From: Podarcis tiliguerta
Lineage: Eukaryota
Direction: 5' to 3' (one strand)
Length of the DNA: 64,000 nucleotides
Assembly: GCA_965153285.1 (NCBI GenBank)
Contig: OZ229111.1
Shown: one piece after another, positions 14,112-26,052 of the stretch
Numbering within the stretch: position 1 is the first letter of the stretch
Layout: the number at the start of each line of letters is the position of its first letter
Translations under genes and position numbers: made by a program
Notes under the pieces: model-generated
The model's database searches: none
The model's input: only the letters and a program-made list of their open reading frames with translations
What the model was told of the DNA's origin: nothing

Positions 14112-15960
14112 TATAGTTGTTTCTACCTGTGGAATACCCCACCACAAGAAGTCAGTGGAAGATCATCACCCTTCACAAAAGATTTACACTGCAGAAAGTA
14201 ATAGGGTCTTCTCTTTCACATTCTCCTCAGCATCAAGCTGCAATTTACAGCTAAAGGCTTATCCAAAAAAAAAAAGCAGAATTGCAGCTTTTCTGTTAGT
14301 GCTATACTTAATGCTAGCATTGGCAAGACACTATTCTGCCTTGAGGTGGGATACACAATCTTCCAATAATAAACTTCCGTTTTTAAAAAGGCAGCGGAAT
14401 CTTGTTGGGTTTGATGATGTTATTTTTTTAAAAAAATTAATGGGTGCATGAGGACCCACACACTTCATTGGTAGAGACTCTGCTTCCAAGGAAGAATTTA
14501 AAATCCCATCCAGGCACTGACCAGACAAAGAACAGCTTGGTGTTTCAGCAGGTGGCTGCATCATGCATCCTCCGTTGATTCCTTAGAGTTTCAAAAAGAT
14601 GTGGGGAGAAAGGGGGAGTTGCATCAATCATTCCTAGTGATGTCACAGTCATTAGCCAATGAATGCCTGTGATATTCGTACACTTACATAGCACCCACAT
14701 CATTCACAACCATCATTGCTGCTTGCCTACCAGTCGGGCTATTTTCTCAGTGACAAAATGTTGTCGTTTGTAGGTTGGAACTGGGCAATATACATTCAAC
14801 ACAAGTGCTGCCTTGAAGAAAGACACACCTGGGTTACCTGCAACAATTGTGTAACATTTGTGCATTTATTGTGTACAGGCACACTAAAAAAAAAAAGTCC
14901 AGAGGGGTAGCAATTTCAGTCATGAAGTCCTGGGAATAAGCCAGATTTCACCACTAGGGGGCCTTTTGCATTATGTCAGATGAGTTTAAGGCCAATAAAT
15001 TTGGTACACAGGGTTCCTTCTGTCAAGGGATAAGCAGCTCCACCTTTCAGTATCCGTTGCAGACCTCATAATGAGTATGACTCTTGCCAACAACTCCTGC
15101 TTTATTCTGCCTGTCACATTTTCCTGCTATTGGCATCTTGCATGGTGAATGATAGGCAGCTGCCACCACCCATGTTCTTTGAGATAACCAGCCTCATTTT
15201 TATTTAGATCTTGTCTTGGTGCCTCAGAGTCAGCTGTGATGTCAGATCTGTGCACTTGGCATGGACAGTTCAACTTAAAACCCAATCTCCCCAGTTGTAG
15301 CTTCTTGCCTAGAACCTTGTGAGCGATGCAACATTTCGGGAGCTGATCATCTGCCTGCCTTGTGTTTTGTTAATGAGGTTTATCTTCTTTTATTAACACT
15401 GCACCATGTGTATGTGGTGTCAGAGTGTGCTAGACAGCTTTTTATAGCTCAGCAAGTTTAGAATCGGGGACCTTTCCCTCCCCACAGCTGCTGCCTACTG
15501 TTCTCTCACATCACTCTACTGTAATTTCACAGCCCCCTGCCTCCCTTCTTAGACACTGTCTCTTGGCTAGCTCTCAAGTTTGTCTAACTAGAGGACCAAG
15601 CCCTAGGAACAGCAGTCTAAAGGATGGGGGACTTGTGGCCCCGCAGATGTTTATGACCTCCAGTTCCCATCAGCCCCTGCCAGCAAGACCAAAGGTCAAG
15701 TATCATTGGAGGCGACTTCAGTGATGTATGGTGTGTGGTGGCGGAGTGTCACCTGGAGGACCTAAGGAACAAATTGCTTGTTGTAACCGTACATGTCCAT
15801 TCAAACCCTGAGAGCTACTTGTGATTTGGAGTGGGGAAGGCTGGAAGGGAGTGCTTAACCTGGACACCACTTGCCTTGAAATATTCCCAACCCTTCACTT
15901 TGGGGTTCCAGAAATGTTTGGAAATGGAGGTGGGCTGGGAGCTGGGAGCAGAAAAGCAAG

Positions 15961-16443
15961 TTCAAGATGGACACTGACAAACTAGAACGTGTACAGAGGA
16001 GGGCAACCAAAATGGTCAAAGGCCTGGAAACAATGCCTTATGAGGATCGGCTAAGGGAGCTGGGCATGTTTAGCCTGGAGAAGAGGAGGTTAAGGGGTGA
16101 TATGATAGCCATGTTCAAATATATAAAAGGATGTCACATAGAGGAGGGAGAAAGGTTGTTTTCTGCTGCTCCAGAGAAGCGGACACGGAGCAATGGATAC
16201 AAACTACAAGAAAGAAGATTCCACCTAAACATTAGGAAGAACTTCCTGACAGTAAGAGCTGTTCGACAGTGGAATTTGCTGCCAAGGAGTGTGGTGGAGT
16301 CTCCTTCTTTGGAGGTCTTTAAGCAGAGGCTTGACAACCATATGTCAGGAGTGCTCTGATGGTGTTTCCTGCTTGGCAGGGGGTTGGACTCGATGGCCCT
16401 TGTGGTCTCTTCCAACTCTATGATTCTATGATTCTATTCTATG
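15961..16443 (+). mobile_element. Young 5'-truncated CR1 LINE
   Basis: Open 130-aa CR1 ORF2 C-terminus ([49 protein letters not shown]) plus an ATTCTATG tail. Confidence 0.95.
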
Positions 16444-17949
16444 GGGGAAGAGTTCAAGCCACACATTCCACACAATGGCCATGATGTCTGCATTGCTTCC
16501 AGTCTTAGAGGCAGTATGTCTCTGATTGCTAGCTGCTGGTTATCACCAGTAAAAGTCATGTCTTGCTTGTAGGCATCTAGTTGGCCACCGCAGGGCTGTT
16601 CTTATATTAAGTCTCAGTCAATGGGTTCAGGATTGCAACCTGACTTTGTGGTCATAGGTGGTGCAGTAGTTAAGAGTGTTGGACTGAAAGATCCAGATTG
16701 CAATCACTGCTAGAGCCATGAAGCTCATTCCATGACTGGGACTGCCCTGCTCCTTCCTTCCTTGCATAGATGCAGGGTGGGGGTCCTGGTGGTCAGTAGG
16801 GCTTGCTGGTGGAGAGTAGCTAAGAGGCAAGCTGGCAGTTAGACAAGCTATGCCATTTTTCTGCCTTGCAGTAAGGTCTGATAAGGAACAGCTGGGAGAG
16901 ACAGAGGTGTGGACAGCGAGGGTTCAGAGTTATTATTGTTGTTTATTGAATTTGTATACTGCCCTTCATCCATAGATCTCAGGGCGGTTCCTTATAACTG
17001 AGGAGGAAGGTAAGGGGCATGAGGGTCCAGCCAAGCCCAGCAGGAAGAAGGTGCTGGAGAGGAACTAGAGGAGGAGCAGGCCACAGGGAGAGGCCTCAGA
17101 TGACAACGAACCAGTTCCCCAACAGGGAACTGCTGAATTGTATTCAGGGGGGAATCGGAGTGTGATGGCACACCTTGCTCCTAATAAATACGTGAATTAA
17201 ACAATCCAGTGGTTGTGTCTATTTTGTGTGAAGGAAGAGAAGGACCAAGGGCCTAGACACATGGCCTTGCACATAGAAACCCAGCAGTGATGTTGGGCCA
17301 GTCACTATTTCTCAGCCTTACCTATCTCACATGTTTACCTTTGCAAACTATAAGGCTATGACAATAAGGGCATAATTGCACAGATACGATTTGCTCACTC
17401 TTTCCTTTCTCTTCATTACATACCCCACAGAAGGCTGTGTTTCCTGCCACCATGTTGTGAACCAGCCCAAGAGCAGGAGAGGCGGTATAGAATTATTTTA
17501 AATATGGGCATTCACTTCTTTCTGTTTTTTTCTTACATTCTATTACTCTTGGTGCCATAACCTTTCTTCTTTGTGGCATGGAGTCATTTGAGTGACTGTC
17601 AGGTCTCAGTATGGTTGGCTTATCGAGTTCTGGGAGATGGGGAGGTGGCTGTCTCTCCAAGAGGGCCAAAAGCAGATGTGGAGTCTCAGAGAGGCAGGGA
17701 TTAAGTTTCAGAACAGTGAACAAGGATTACAGGGATCCAAATCAAGTGAGCTCCTCTCCTTTTGAGAGTTGGGTTCCTCTAGCCTTCAAAAAGAATTCCA
17801 GTATGTGGAACATATTGTGTCCTTATGTGGCAAGTTGTATCAGCCTCATTTCCCCCTCCTCAAATATTAAAGACCCACGATCTGTGTCCTCCTTTGCTTT
17901 TGGTCAGCTGAAGTACTAGTGGGGCCTTCCTTTGAGTGAGCACTTAGGT

Positions 17950-18082
17950 CAGGAGCAGGGACCCTGTGGCCCTCTAGATGTTGCTGGACTACAACTTCCA
18001 TCAACCCCAGCCAGCATAGCCAATGGCCAGGCATGACGGGAGTTGTAGTCCCAACATATGGAGAGCACTATGTTGGCTACTC
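17950..18082. repeat. Abundant squamate hairpin element (GGACTACAACTCCCATCA..TGATGGGAGTTGTAGTCC); other copies near 3710, 5215, 15620, 20965 and 63830
   Basis: The same inverted-repeat core recurs many times in the window. Confidence 0.65.
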
Positions 18083-18768
18083 CTACCCTAACATAACACT
18101 GTAACACCACCAGGAAAAAAGAACAACGGGGGGAAAGGTCAGTATGGAGTTGTAATTCACATCAAATGTGTGTGAGTAATATGTGCACACAGCTGGCTCT
18201 TCGGGATTTATCTCAGGTATTTTGACTGGGCAAACAAGCCCGCTGAGGTAAAACATACAGGGATGGAGAAACTGTGTCTCTCTAGATGTTCTTGCACCCA
18301 ACTGCCATGAACCCCAGCCAGTTGCTTATGGATGATGGGAGTTGAAGACGGCCACATTCCTGGCACAGAACCTGAAGATTGGTCAGAAGTGAATGTTTCT
18401 GAGACATAGGCACAAAGTCTGAAATGCTGCCTGCTTCCTAAAGAGTTGATCTCCTAAATTTCCTCCCTTGTTCTGAAGAAGGCAACTTGAATAGGTTTGA
18501 CAATATCCAATATATGGATGAAAGATTAACTGTATTTGGAAGTGTTCCTTCTCACAATTTTTTTTATTCTGCAGGAAGATTATTTCTCTGAGAAGAGCCT
18601 GTGACTGGGATGCTGAGGAACTGTGGGCTGGGTCTGAAGGGCATTGGCTAAGCTTTACTTGCTTCTCCTTATCTTGTGTGGCTATTTATTGCACTGCACA
18701 TTTTCTCAGGTGACGTTGCTCTTCTCACACATTTTTGAACTATGCATCCTTTCTCTTTCTCTTTTTAG

Positions 18769-18807
18769 GAAGCAAAACTCGGGAAGGTGTTGCAGGTGTG
18801 GCCTCAG
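18769..18807 (+). CDS. SNCB: Beta-synuclein coding exon 2 (G-SKTREGVAGVAS-V), 39 nt
   Basis: ttctctttctctttttAG acceptor and CAG|GTATTG donor, phase 1-1. Matches human SKTREGVVQGVAS minus one codon. Confidence 0.93.
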
Positions 18808-19400
18808 GTATTGGCTGCTTGTGTTCTCCTTTCCCATGCTTTGCCTGGTCACTGAGTGGGCGGCTGTGCTAAAGCGATCACAGGCTAACAGGACAAGCGC
18901 CGTCATTAAAACCTCTTATGTAACTGGGCCCAGGACAAAGCCTTCCAGCTGCTTCTCACGCGTCTGCAGAGCCAGCTGTGGGGAGTGGCTAAGATACCTG
19001 ACCCCAGCTTTTCAGAGAAGCAGGCATACAAACCTGGAAGCCTTGGTGAACTTGAACTTGCAAAGTACTAGGGCGGGTAAAGGAATGAGCTTACGCACAT
19101 TGGTGGAGAAGAAACTGTGATGCCGGGTGAGGGCCCAAACCGGGGGGGGGGGGGGTCCTATGGTAGAAGAAGGATTATTGCTTGGCCTTGTGAAACATGT
19201 ACATAGATAGCAGAGGAGATAGATACAATTCATATGTTTGCTACAGCAGCCTTCAGTCACCAGACCCCTGCTAGACTCCCTTCCAGATGATAAGATCCTT
19301 TGCCCCTCATTCAGGATGCGAAAGGCCACATACTGTTAATCTAGAATAAGGAGCTAACTGAATGGCCTCAATATGTTGGTCGCTCTCTTCTGGCTTTCAG

Positions 19401-19519
19401 TTGCTGAGAAGACGAAGGAGCAGGCATCTCAGTTGGGTGGAGCCGTCTTCTCGGGGGCTGGCAATATCGCAGCTGCCACAGGCCTGGTCAAGAAGGAAGA
19501 TTTCCCCACTGACCTGAAG
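19401..19519 (+). CDS. SNCB: Beta-synuclein coding exon 3 (VAEKTKEQASQLGGAVFSGAGNIAAATGLVKKEDFPTDLK)
   Basis: tggctttcAG acceptor and AAG|GTGAGC donor, 119 nt. Lacks the 11-aa NAC core of alpha-synuclein, which is diagnostic of beta-synuclein. Confidence 0.97.
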
Positions 19520-22500
19520 GTGAGCATCCCACACTCTTCAGGTGACCTTGAGAAAAAGCACGTAGCCTGTGGCCATATAAAAGTCTCCCATAGAAAGGCA
19601 GCTGATCCTTGGAGCCTACTGGGACTATCAGTAGATACGATGGGCATTTGGGATTGGTGCAAGATTCTACTTGCCTTGCTCCATCCCACAGGGCAGAATC
19701 TTGGGTATGGTATGGAGTTTTCTTGTATCCTGCTCTTGACAGAAGCACAATTGGTTGAGCAGCAGAAGATGGAAAGGCAACATGAACATGAACATGTCCA
19801 GGATGCCCATTGTCCTGGCACCTCTCAGACTGAGGTACATAAGCAGTGTGGACAGATATAGGCATGCATGGGCAGAAGAACAAATACCCTTGCATGAGAG
19901 TATGTGTACTGTGTGCTACATAACAACATGCGATGAATGCCCACATGGGCGCAGTGTAAGTCTCCAGGCCAGTGACAACTGCACATTCCAGAGGGATGTC
20001 TGCATACATTTATGTCGGCATCTCACTTCCGTGTGCATCGATGTGCTTCATGTTGTGTGCGAACATGTACGTTTGTGCCGGCATGTGCTTCGAAGCCTGC
20101 CTACGTGCACGTTTGAGAATGAGTGTGTTTCTCACAGTAGGTGGGTGGGCGGGCAGGCAGCCTGCACTGAAACGGTCTGGCAGCTGCAGGGCTGGTCGAT
20201 CTGAGGAAGGGCTCTCGAATCTTGCAGCCGAGCTGCCACAACGAGCTGAGCCGTTTGCTTCCAGCTTAGCTTAAAATAGCAACAGCTGAAGAAGAAATGA
20301 GGCCAGCGCAGCCAGGCAGGAGCAGGCACTCTGTTCTACTCAGCATGGGGGAGGGGAGCTGTGCAGCGTCCCCCCTTCTCCCCACTGAACAGCTCCTGTC
20401 CCTCAATGAGAAGCACTGTGCAGGGCCAATCACAGCTCAGCCCTTCCTCAAACGGAAGGTTGTAGATCTACCAGCCACTCTCGCAACTGAACTGGGGAAA
20501 TAGAATAATCAAGCATATATTAAGGCTTCACCCAGACATCTAAACATGTGTAATACAGGCCACCTGACCTGTCATTTTTGGTCAGCCAGACTACATATTT
20601 GAAGTTAGGTTCTGGGCATGGAACTAAAATGGAAATTCTATACTTACCAGTGACAATTTCTGTTCTTCATAAGTGTGGGGATTGCCCCCCCCTCTAGGGT
20701 CAAGAAGGCAATTCTTCAGTTTTAATGTTTAGGGGAGGAAGGACCCCTCCCCTCACCCCCCAGACACTTCAAACCAAGGCAACCTTTCTAATGACAACTC
20801 TAAATTAGAACAAGCAAGCCCACAGAGGCAGCAACAGATTGAATTTGGGCCTCTGAAGGGCAGACTACAGACTTAAGTAAAAATGAATTTATTGATAAAA
20901 ATATGCAGTAATAACACACCATATTTCCTCTTACGTGTGGGGTGAACCTCCAAATCATTCCATAGGGCAGGAATGGGGATCCTGTGGCACTCCAGAGGTT
21001 GTAGACTATAACTCCCTCTGTGCCTGATCATTGGCCGTGCTATATAGGGCTGATGGGAGTTGTAGTCCAAAAAACAGCTGGAGACCCAAGTTTGGGAAAC
21101 CCCGAAGCTGTTAAATTATGTTAGTTTGTGTTCATATATTTACTTTTTGTATTTACTTCAGATTATTTCTAATTGCTTCTAATGTGTCATTTGAATCGTT
21201 ATTCTTATTGAGCACTCAATACATTGTGAGCCACTTTTTGTGGGACAATTTTGTGGGAAACCAGCATACAAATAAACAAGGATGCTGAATGAGAGCAGTA
21301 GCATCTCCTGGACCGACAGTGTCCCTTTTGTTGGAGTGTGAGGAAGTGAGATGTATTGTGACACCCGTGGCTGTGATAACTTCTGCAGCTGCTATGAATG
21401 GGATATCTCCCTCTAGCCCTGTGGGGGATGTATTGCTTGAGGCTCTGTTCTTTGCTCTGGGAATATTACAGCATGCTTGGGCGAGGCCGTGGCCAAAGGT
21501 GGCTTTAATCCAAAGAAATTTCAAAGTGAGGATGGATATTATCTCCCTTCACTGCAGTGGGGTAGGGGAGTGTTTTGACTCTTGATGCCCTCTGGTCTTC
21601 CTTCGAGAAGACGACACTGATTGCCTGAGTGCTCTCCCACCCTGTCCCATTGGTGCAACACTTGTGGGGGTTTCCCCGCCAAGGCATCCCTGTGCAGATC
21701 TGCCATGACCATATTTCGTGCAGCGAGGAGCTGTATGGCATTTTGTTTGAAAGCCTAGGAGGGAAGTGAGCATAGACAGCGGTACTGAGTCTCTTCCTCT
21801 TATTTGGCACTCTATGGAAGTGGTCCAGATTTCAAACTCCCACTGACATTAGTCATGCAGGAAAGAGGCAAAGTGTGCTGTAAGGGGACAAATTATCCCT
21901 GCCAATGCAGCCAAGCTACGAATCAGAACAAGACAAGCTATGAGGTCTCTCTGTTCCACTCTCCCAATGCTTGACTTGCCATAATGGGTGGCGACTGCTG
22001 CTTGGCTCTCATAAAATGCTGGAGTCTGCCTGCGATGAAGACAAGAAGTCACCGGGGGTTGAAAAGAGAGGACCTTCCTCCTCCCCAAATGAAAAGTGGA
22101 GATGGTCTTCCCAGCCCCAAAGGGACCTATTCCTGTACTGCCTGTCCTCCTACAGTAGAGAGATTCTAATCCCCAAAGTTCAAGGAGAGAGGAGCCTATA
22201 AGAATGGGACTACTTTAATACAGAGCATGAAGGCAGTTATTCCTCCAAAGTGGTGAGTCTTGAAGGCAGCTGGCCAAACCTGCAAGAACAAGACCTGAGA
22301 ATCCAGAGAGGTATTCCAAGAAAGCTCCTGAGTACTTAATTGTTAGGAAAAAATCATCATGGGGACCGATGCCTATAAACCTTCCTGGGACTTTGCAGAA
22401 AATAATGCCTGCCTCCCCACAGCTGTAAAAACACTTGCAACAGAGTCGGAATGAGTGTCAGCAAAGCTAAAGGGTAGGTAGCAACAACTGGCAGCCCTTG

Positions 22501-22920
22501 GGCTAAACCCTGTCCTCATCTGCACTCTCCCTCCAGGTGCCTATCCAAAGGCAAAAAACTATGTGACCATAGGACAAGTTATTAGGGCCCTTTCACTGCA
22601 GAGCTGGACTCCAGCCCTTGACTCCTCTTCAGCTAATATACTAATTATATTGATATTCAACTGGTTAAGTAGGGTTGTTAGGGGCCGCTGGGCTTACTTA
22701 CTTCTCCTTTCCATAGTGTCAGGAATGATCAGTGCTACCAAGTACTTGCTCTTTTTTGTTAATAAAAGCTTTCTAAAATATTACTGTAAAAGGTGCTCAC
22801 ATCTTACAGTACACCTCCCTCAGCATGTGCAGCCTGCTGATTTTGACTCTGCTGGGCTTTCAGAAGAGACACGTGGGAAGGACACTGTCAGTGCTTAATA
22901 AGATGTTATTCTTTCCACAG

Positions 22921-23010
22921 CCTGAGGAGGTTGGTCAGGAAGCTGTGGAGGAGCCACTGATAGAGCCACTGTTGGAACCTGAGGGTGAGAACTACGAAGA
23001 ACCCCCGCAG
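22921..23010 (+). CDS. SNCB: Beta-synuclein coding exon 4 (PEEVGQEAVEEPLIEPLLEPEGENYEEPPQ)
   Basis: ctttccacAG acceptor and CAG|GTGAGT donor, 90 nt. Acidic, Pro-rich beta-synuclein tail. Confidence 0.97.
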
Positions 23011-23714
23011 GTGAGTGGAAAAATTAAGGCAACCTGATGAACAAATGGGGGGGGGGGGATGCTGGGAAATAAAGTATCTCGGCCTCCCACCAGCCCCCCT
23101 GTGAAACAGACACGTCCTGACAACTGATGCAGGATGGGTGCAGTCTGCATTAAGAGGTCGCAAGCAAGCAGGTGGTGAGGAAAGGGGAAATACTATAGTA
23201 TACACACAACATTTTGCATGCAAAAAGTCCCAGGTTCAATCCTGGCATCTCTAGGTAGGGTGGGGAGAGACTCCTGCCTGCAACCTTGGAGAGACCTGAA
23301 AGCCAATGTAGACAATATTGAGCTTTGAAGGACTACCGGTCTTGTGTACTGGGAGGCTTCATTGGGAATTTGAGGAAGCAAACTGGTTGTATGGTCATGC
23401 AGGAGAGAAGAGTAGCTGCATTCACAGCAGCTCTTACTGGTCTAATCTTTGCAGATAAATGTAACTGAACAGAATGGGGGAAAGGCTGTATGTTTGAGCT
23501 GGTTAGGGCCCAGCTTGGGGACAGCTATAACGTATGGTGGTTAATGCAATTGGCACAGCCAACCTAACAGGAGCTTAGCAAGGGCAATATAGGAGTAAGC
23601 CCAGGGCCTGTATCTCAGGTAAGCTTATCCATGTGGGGTCTACCTGGTCACCTCCAGTGCTGGGTTGTTCTGACTCACATCCTCGTTTCACTTCATGACA
23701 TTTATTCTTTTCAG

Positions 23715-23747
23715 GAGGAATATCAGGAATACGAGCCGGAAGCATAA
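23715..23747 (+). CDS. SNCB: Beta-synuclein last coding exon (EEYQEYEPEA*)
   Basis: tttattcttttcAG acceptor, then GAG GAA TAT CAG GAA TAC GAG CCG GAA GCA TAA. The spliced CDS is 121+39+119+90+33 = 402 nt, i.e. 133 aa plus stop. Confidence 0.97.
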   Translation, partial: EEYQEYEPEA

Positions 23748-24480
23748 TGGCTACCCCTGTTCCCGACACTTCCACCAGCAGCACAATAACAATAATGACC
23801 CTCCCCCTCCCATCCCTCTTCCACCTCTCCAAAGGAAGGCCTTGATGCAGATGGCGATGGAGAGGAGCCCCAACACCCCATCCTGTCATGAGTTCTTCCT
23901 CCAGTTCTGCTCCAAGGGACCTCATCGGGATCTGTGTTTTATGTATCGTGGTCTTTAGCATTAAGAGAAGAATTCTGAAGGCAAACCCTGGCTGCAGCGG
24001 TTTGTGTGTGCGCACATTTGCGAGCCCAGCCTTACTGCCCTGTCTCCCTCCCAGCGCAGTAAGGCCAGGCTTCCTTGTGTCAGTAAGAAGCATGTTGTAT
24101 CTTCTCCGTTTTTAAGCAGAGCATTCCATCACCTCGGCCAGGACCCTGCATTGGGCCTGCTGTACATTTGCTTGCACGTGAATCACGCCAACTCCGCTTC
24201 ATTACCATTGGTGGAACTTTTTTTTATATCTCTGAATGGATTGTTTACGCCTTTGTGATCTGTCCCTTTCCTGAGCCCCCGCCCCTGGCCTTGTAACAGA
24301 GACTCCCTGATTTTGACGGTTCAGAAGTTGTGTCTGTGTATCCCAAACAAAAGGAATACCCTCCCTCTCCTGCCCCCAGCGCTCTGTGTTGTGACTGTGG
24401 CATGGATATATACCTCCCACTGTCGCTGTGTGTGCAATCCTGGGGCAACTGCCAGTGACACAGCTGCCCCTGTGTCCATG

Positions 24481-24486
24481 AATAAA
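24481..24486 (+). terminator. Candidate SNCB polyadenylation signal AATAAA (a second one at 24623-24628)
   Basis: First AATAAA after the stop codon, followed by T/GT-rich sequence. Implies a 3' UTR of about 750-900 nt. Confidence 0.6.
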
Positions 24487-25316
24487 GCCAACTCTTGTCT
24501 GTACCTTCTTGTCTGCCTCCACATTGTTCACAAGTCAAGAGGAAAGCAGTTGCCTTGCTGTGTGCTGCAACCAGGGGTGGCTTTTATAGACCAGGTCCCC
24601 TGTAGCTACTCTGAAACAGTGCAATAAATATATCCTAGGAGTAGGGAGAGGCATCGCTTCTAGCAAGGAAAAAGTAAAAACCGATTCAACACCAGTGGAG
24701 TCTCAAGTACCCAGATGCAAAGGACAACAAGGTTCCTTTTAATATTTAAAATGAAACAGGCATTTCAGCAAATACAACCTTGGAAAGAGATCAAAAATAA
24801 AACTGATAGTATTATAAAGGCTTTTATAGATACCTACGATGTGACCACCCTTAGAAAACTGTGTACACTTTGGGCCAACACATTTCAAAAAAGATATTGT
24901 GAAGTGAGAAAACAGGCAGAAAAGCATAACAGAAATAACTGGGGCTGGAACTCCTATAAGGAAAGGCTACATTTGGAGATTGGAGGGGTTTTTATTTTTA
25001 AAAAAGCAAGTAAGGGGAGATCAACATTTATCAAATTATGCAAAGTTTGGAGAAAACGGACAAAACTTTCTCCCTCTCCTAACATTAGAACCCAGGATCA
25101 CCCAACAAAGTTTTAGAATGGGAAAAGGATGTGCTTCTTCAAACAGTGCATAGTTAATTTATGAAATATGCTACTACAGGATGAGATGGCTACTAGCTTT
25201 ATAGCTTCAAATGGGGATTTGTGGAGGACAAGTCTTATCAATGGCTATAAGCCATGGTGACCTCCAGTTGCAGAAAGTGTACACCTTTGAATTAGCAGTT
25301 GTTAGGGAATAACTAT

Positions 25317-25662
25317 AAAAAGGTAAAGAAAACCCTGACCATTAGGTCTATTCACGGACGACTCTGGGGTTGCGGCGCTCATCTCGCTTTACTGGCCGAG
25401 GGAGCCGGCGTACAGCTTCCGGGCCATGTGGCCAGCATGACTAAGCCGCTTCTGGCGAACCGGAGCAGCGCACAGAAATGCCATTTACCTTCCCGCCAGA
25501 GCAGTACCTATTTATCTACTTGCACTTTGACATGCTTTTGAACTGCTAGGTTGGCAGGAGCAGGGACCGAACAACGGGAGCTCACCCCGTCACAGGGATT
25601 CGAACCGCAAACCTTCTGATCAGCAAGCCCTAGGCTCTGTGGTTTAACCCATGGCGCCACCC
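25317..25662 (-). mobile_element. Sauria SINE
   Basis: tRNA-like head GGGTGGCGCCATGGGTTAAACC.., Sauria core and (ACCTTT)n tail. Close to the copies at 41924 and 56955. Confidence 0.9.
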
Positions 25663-25695
25663 ACTATGGGAGAGGGTTATTGCCTTTGTGTACTA

Positions 25696-26052
25696 CAGTG
25701 GTGCCTCGCAAGACGAAAAGAATCCGTTCTGTGAGTCTCTTCGTCTAGCGGTTTTTTCGTCTTGCGAAGCAAGCCCATTAGTGGATTAGCGCTATTAGTG
25801 GTTTAGCGGCTATTAGCGGCTATTAAAGGCTTAAGGGATTAGCGGATTAGCTGCTAAAAGGCTATTAGCAGCTTAGTGCCTTAGAAAAAGGGGGTGGGGA
25901 GTGAAAAAAACCCCCCAGGAATCGCAAGACATTTTTGTCTTGCGAAGCAAGCCCATAGCAAATTCGTTTTGCGAAGCACCTCCAAAACGGAAAACCCTTT
26001 CGTCTAGCGGGTTTTCCGTCTTGCGAGGAATTCATCTTGCGGGGCACCACTG
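25696..26052. mobile_element. Tc1/mariner-type MITE, family B, with internal TTAGCGGCTA-like repeats
   Basis: TA|CAGTGGTGCCTCGCAAGA...TCTTGCGGGGCACCACTG|TA. Confidence 0.85.

Noticed and set aside
15967-16359. 130-aa ORF as a host gene (likewise 5760..5996, 42429..42794 and 50607..50792)
   Set aside because: These are LINE ORF2 fragments (CR1, BovB, L2).
23575-24258. ORFs overlapping the SNCB last exon and 3' UTR
   Set aside because: Low-complexity alternative frames with no homology or supporting splice structure.
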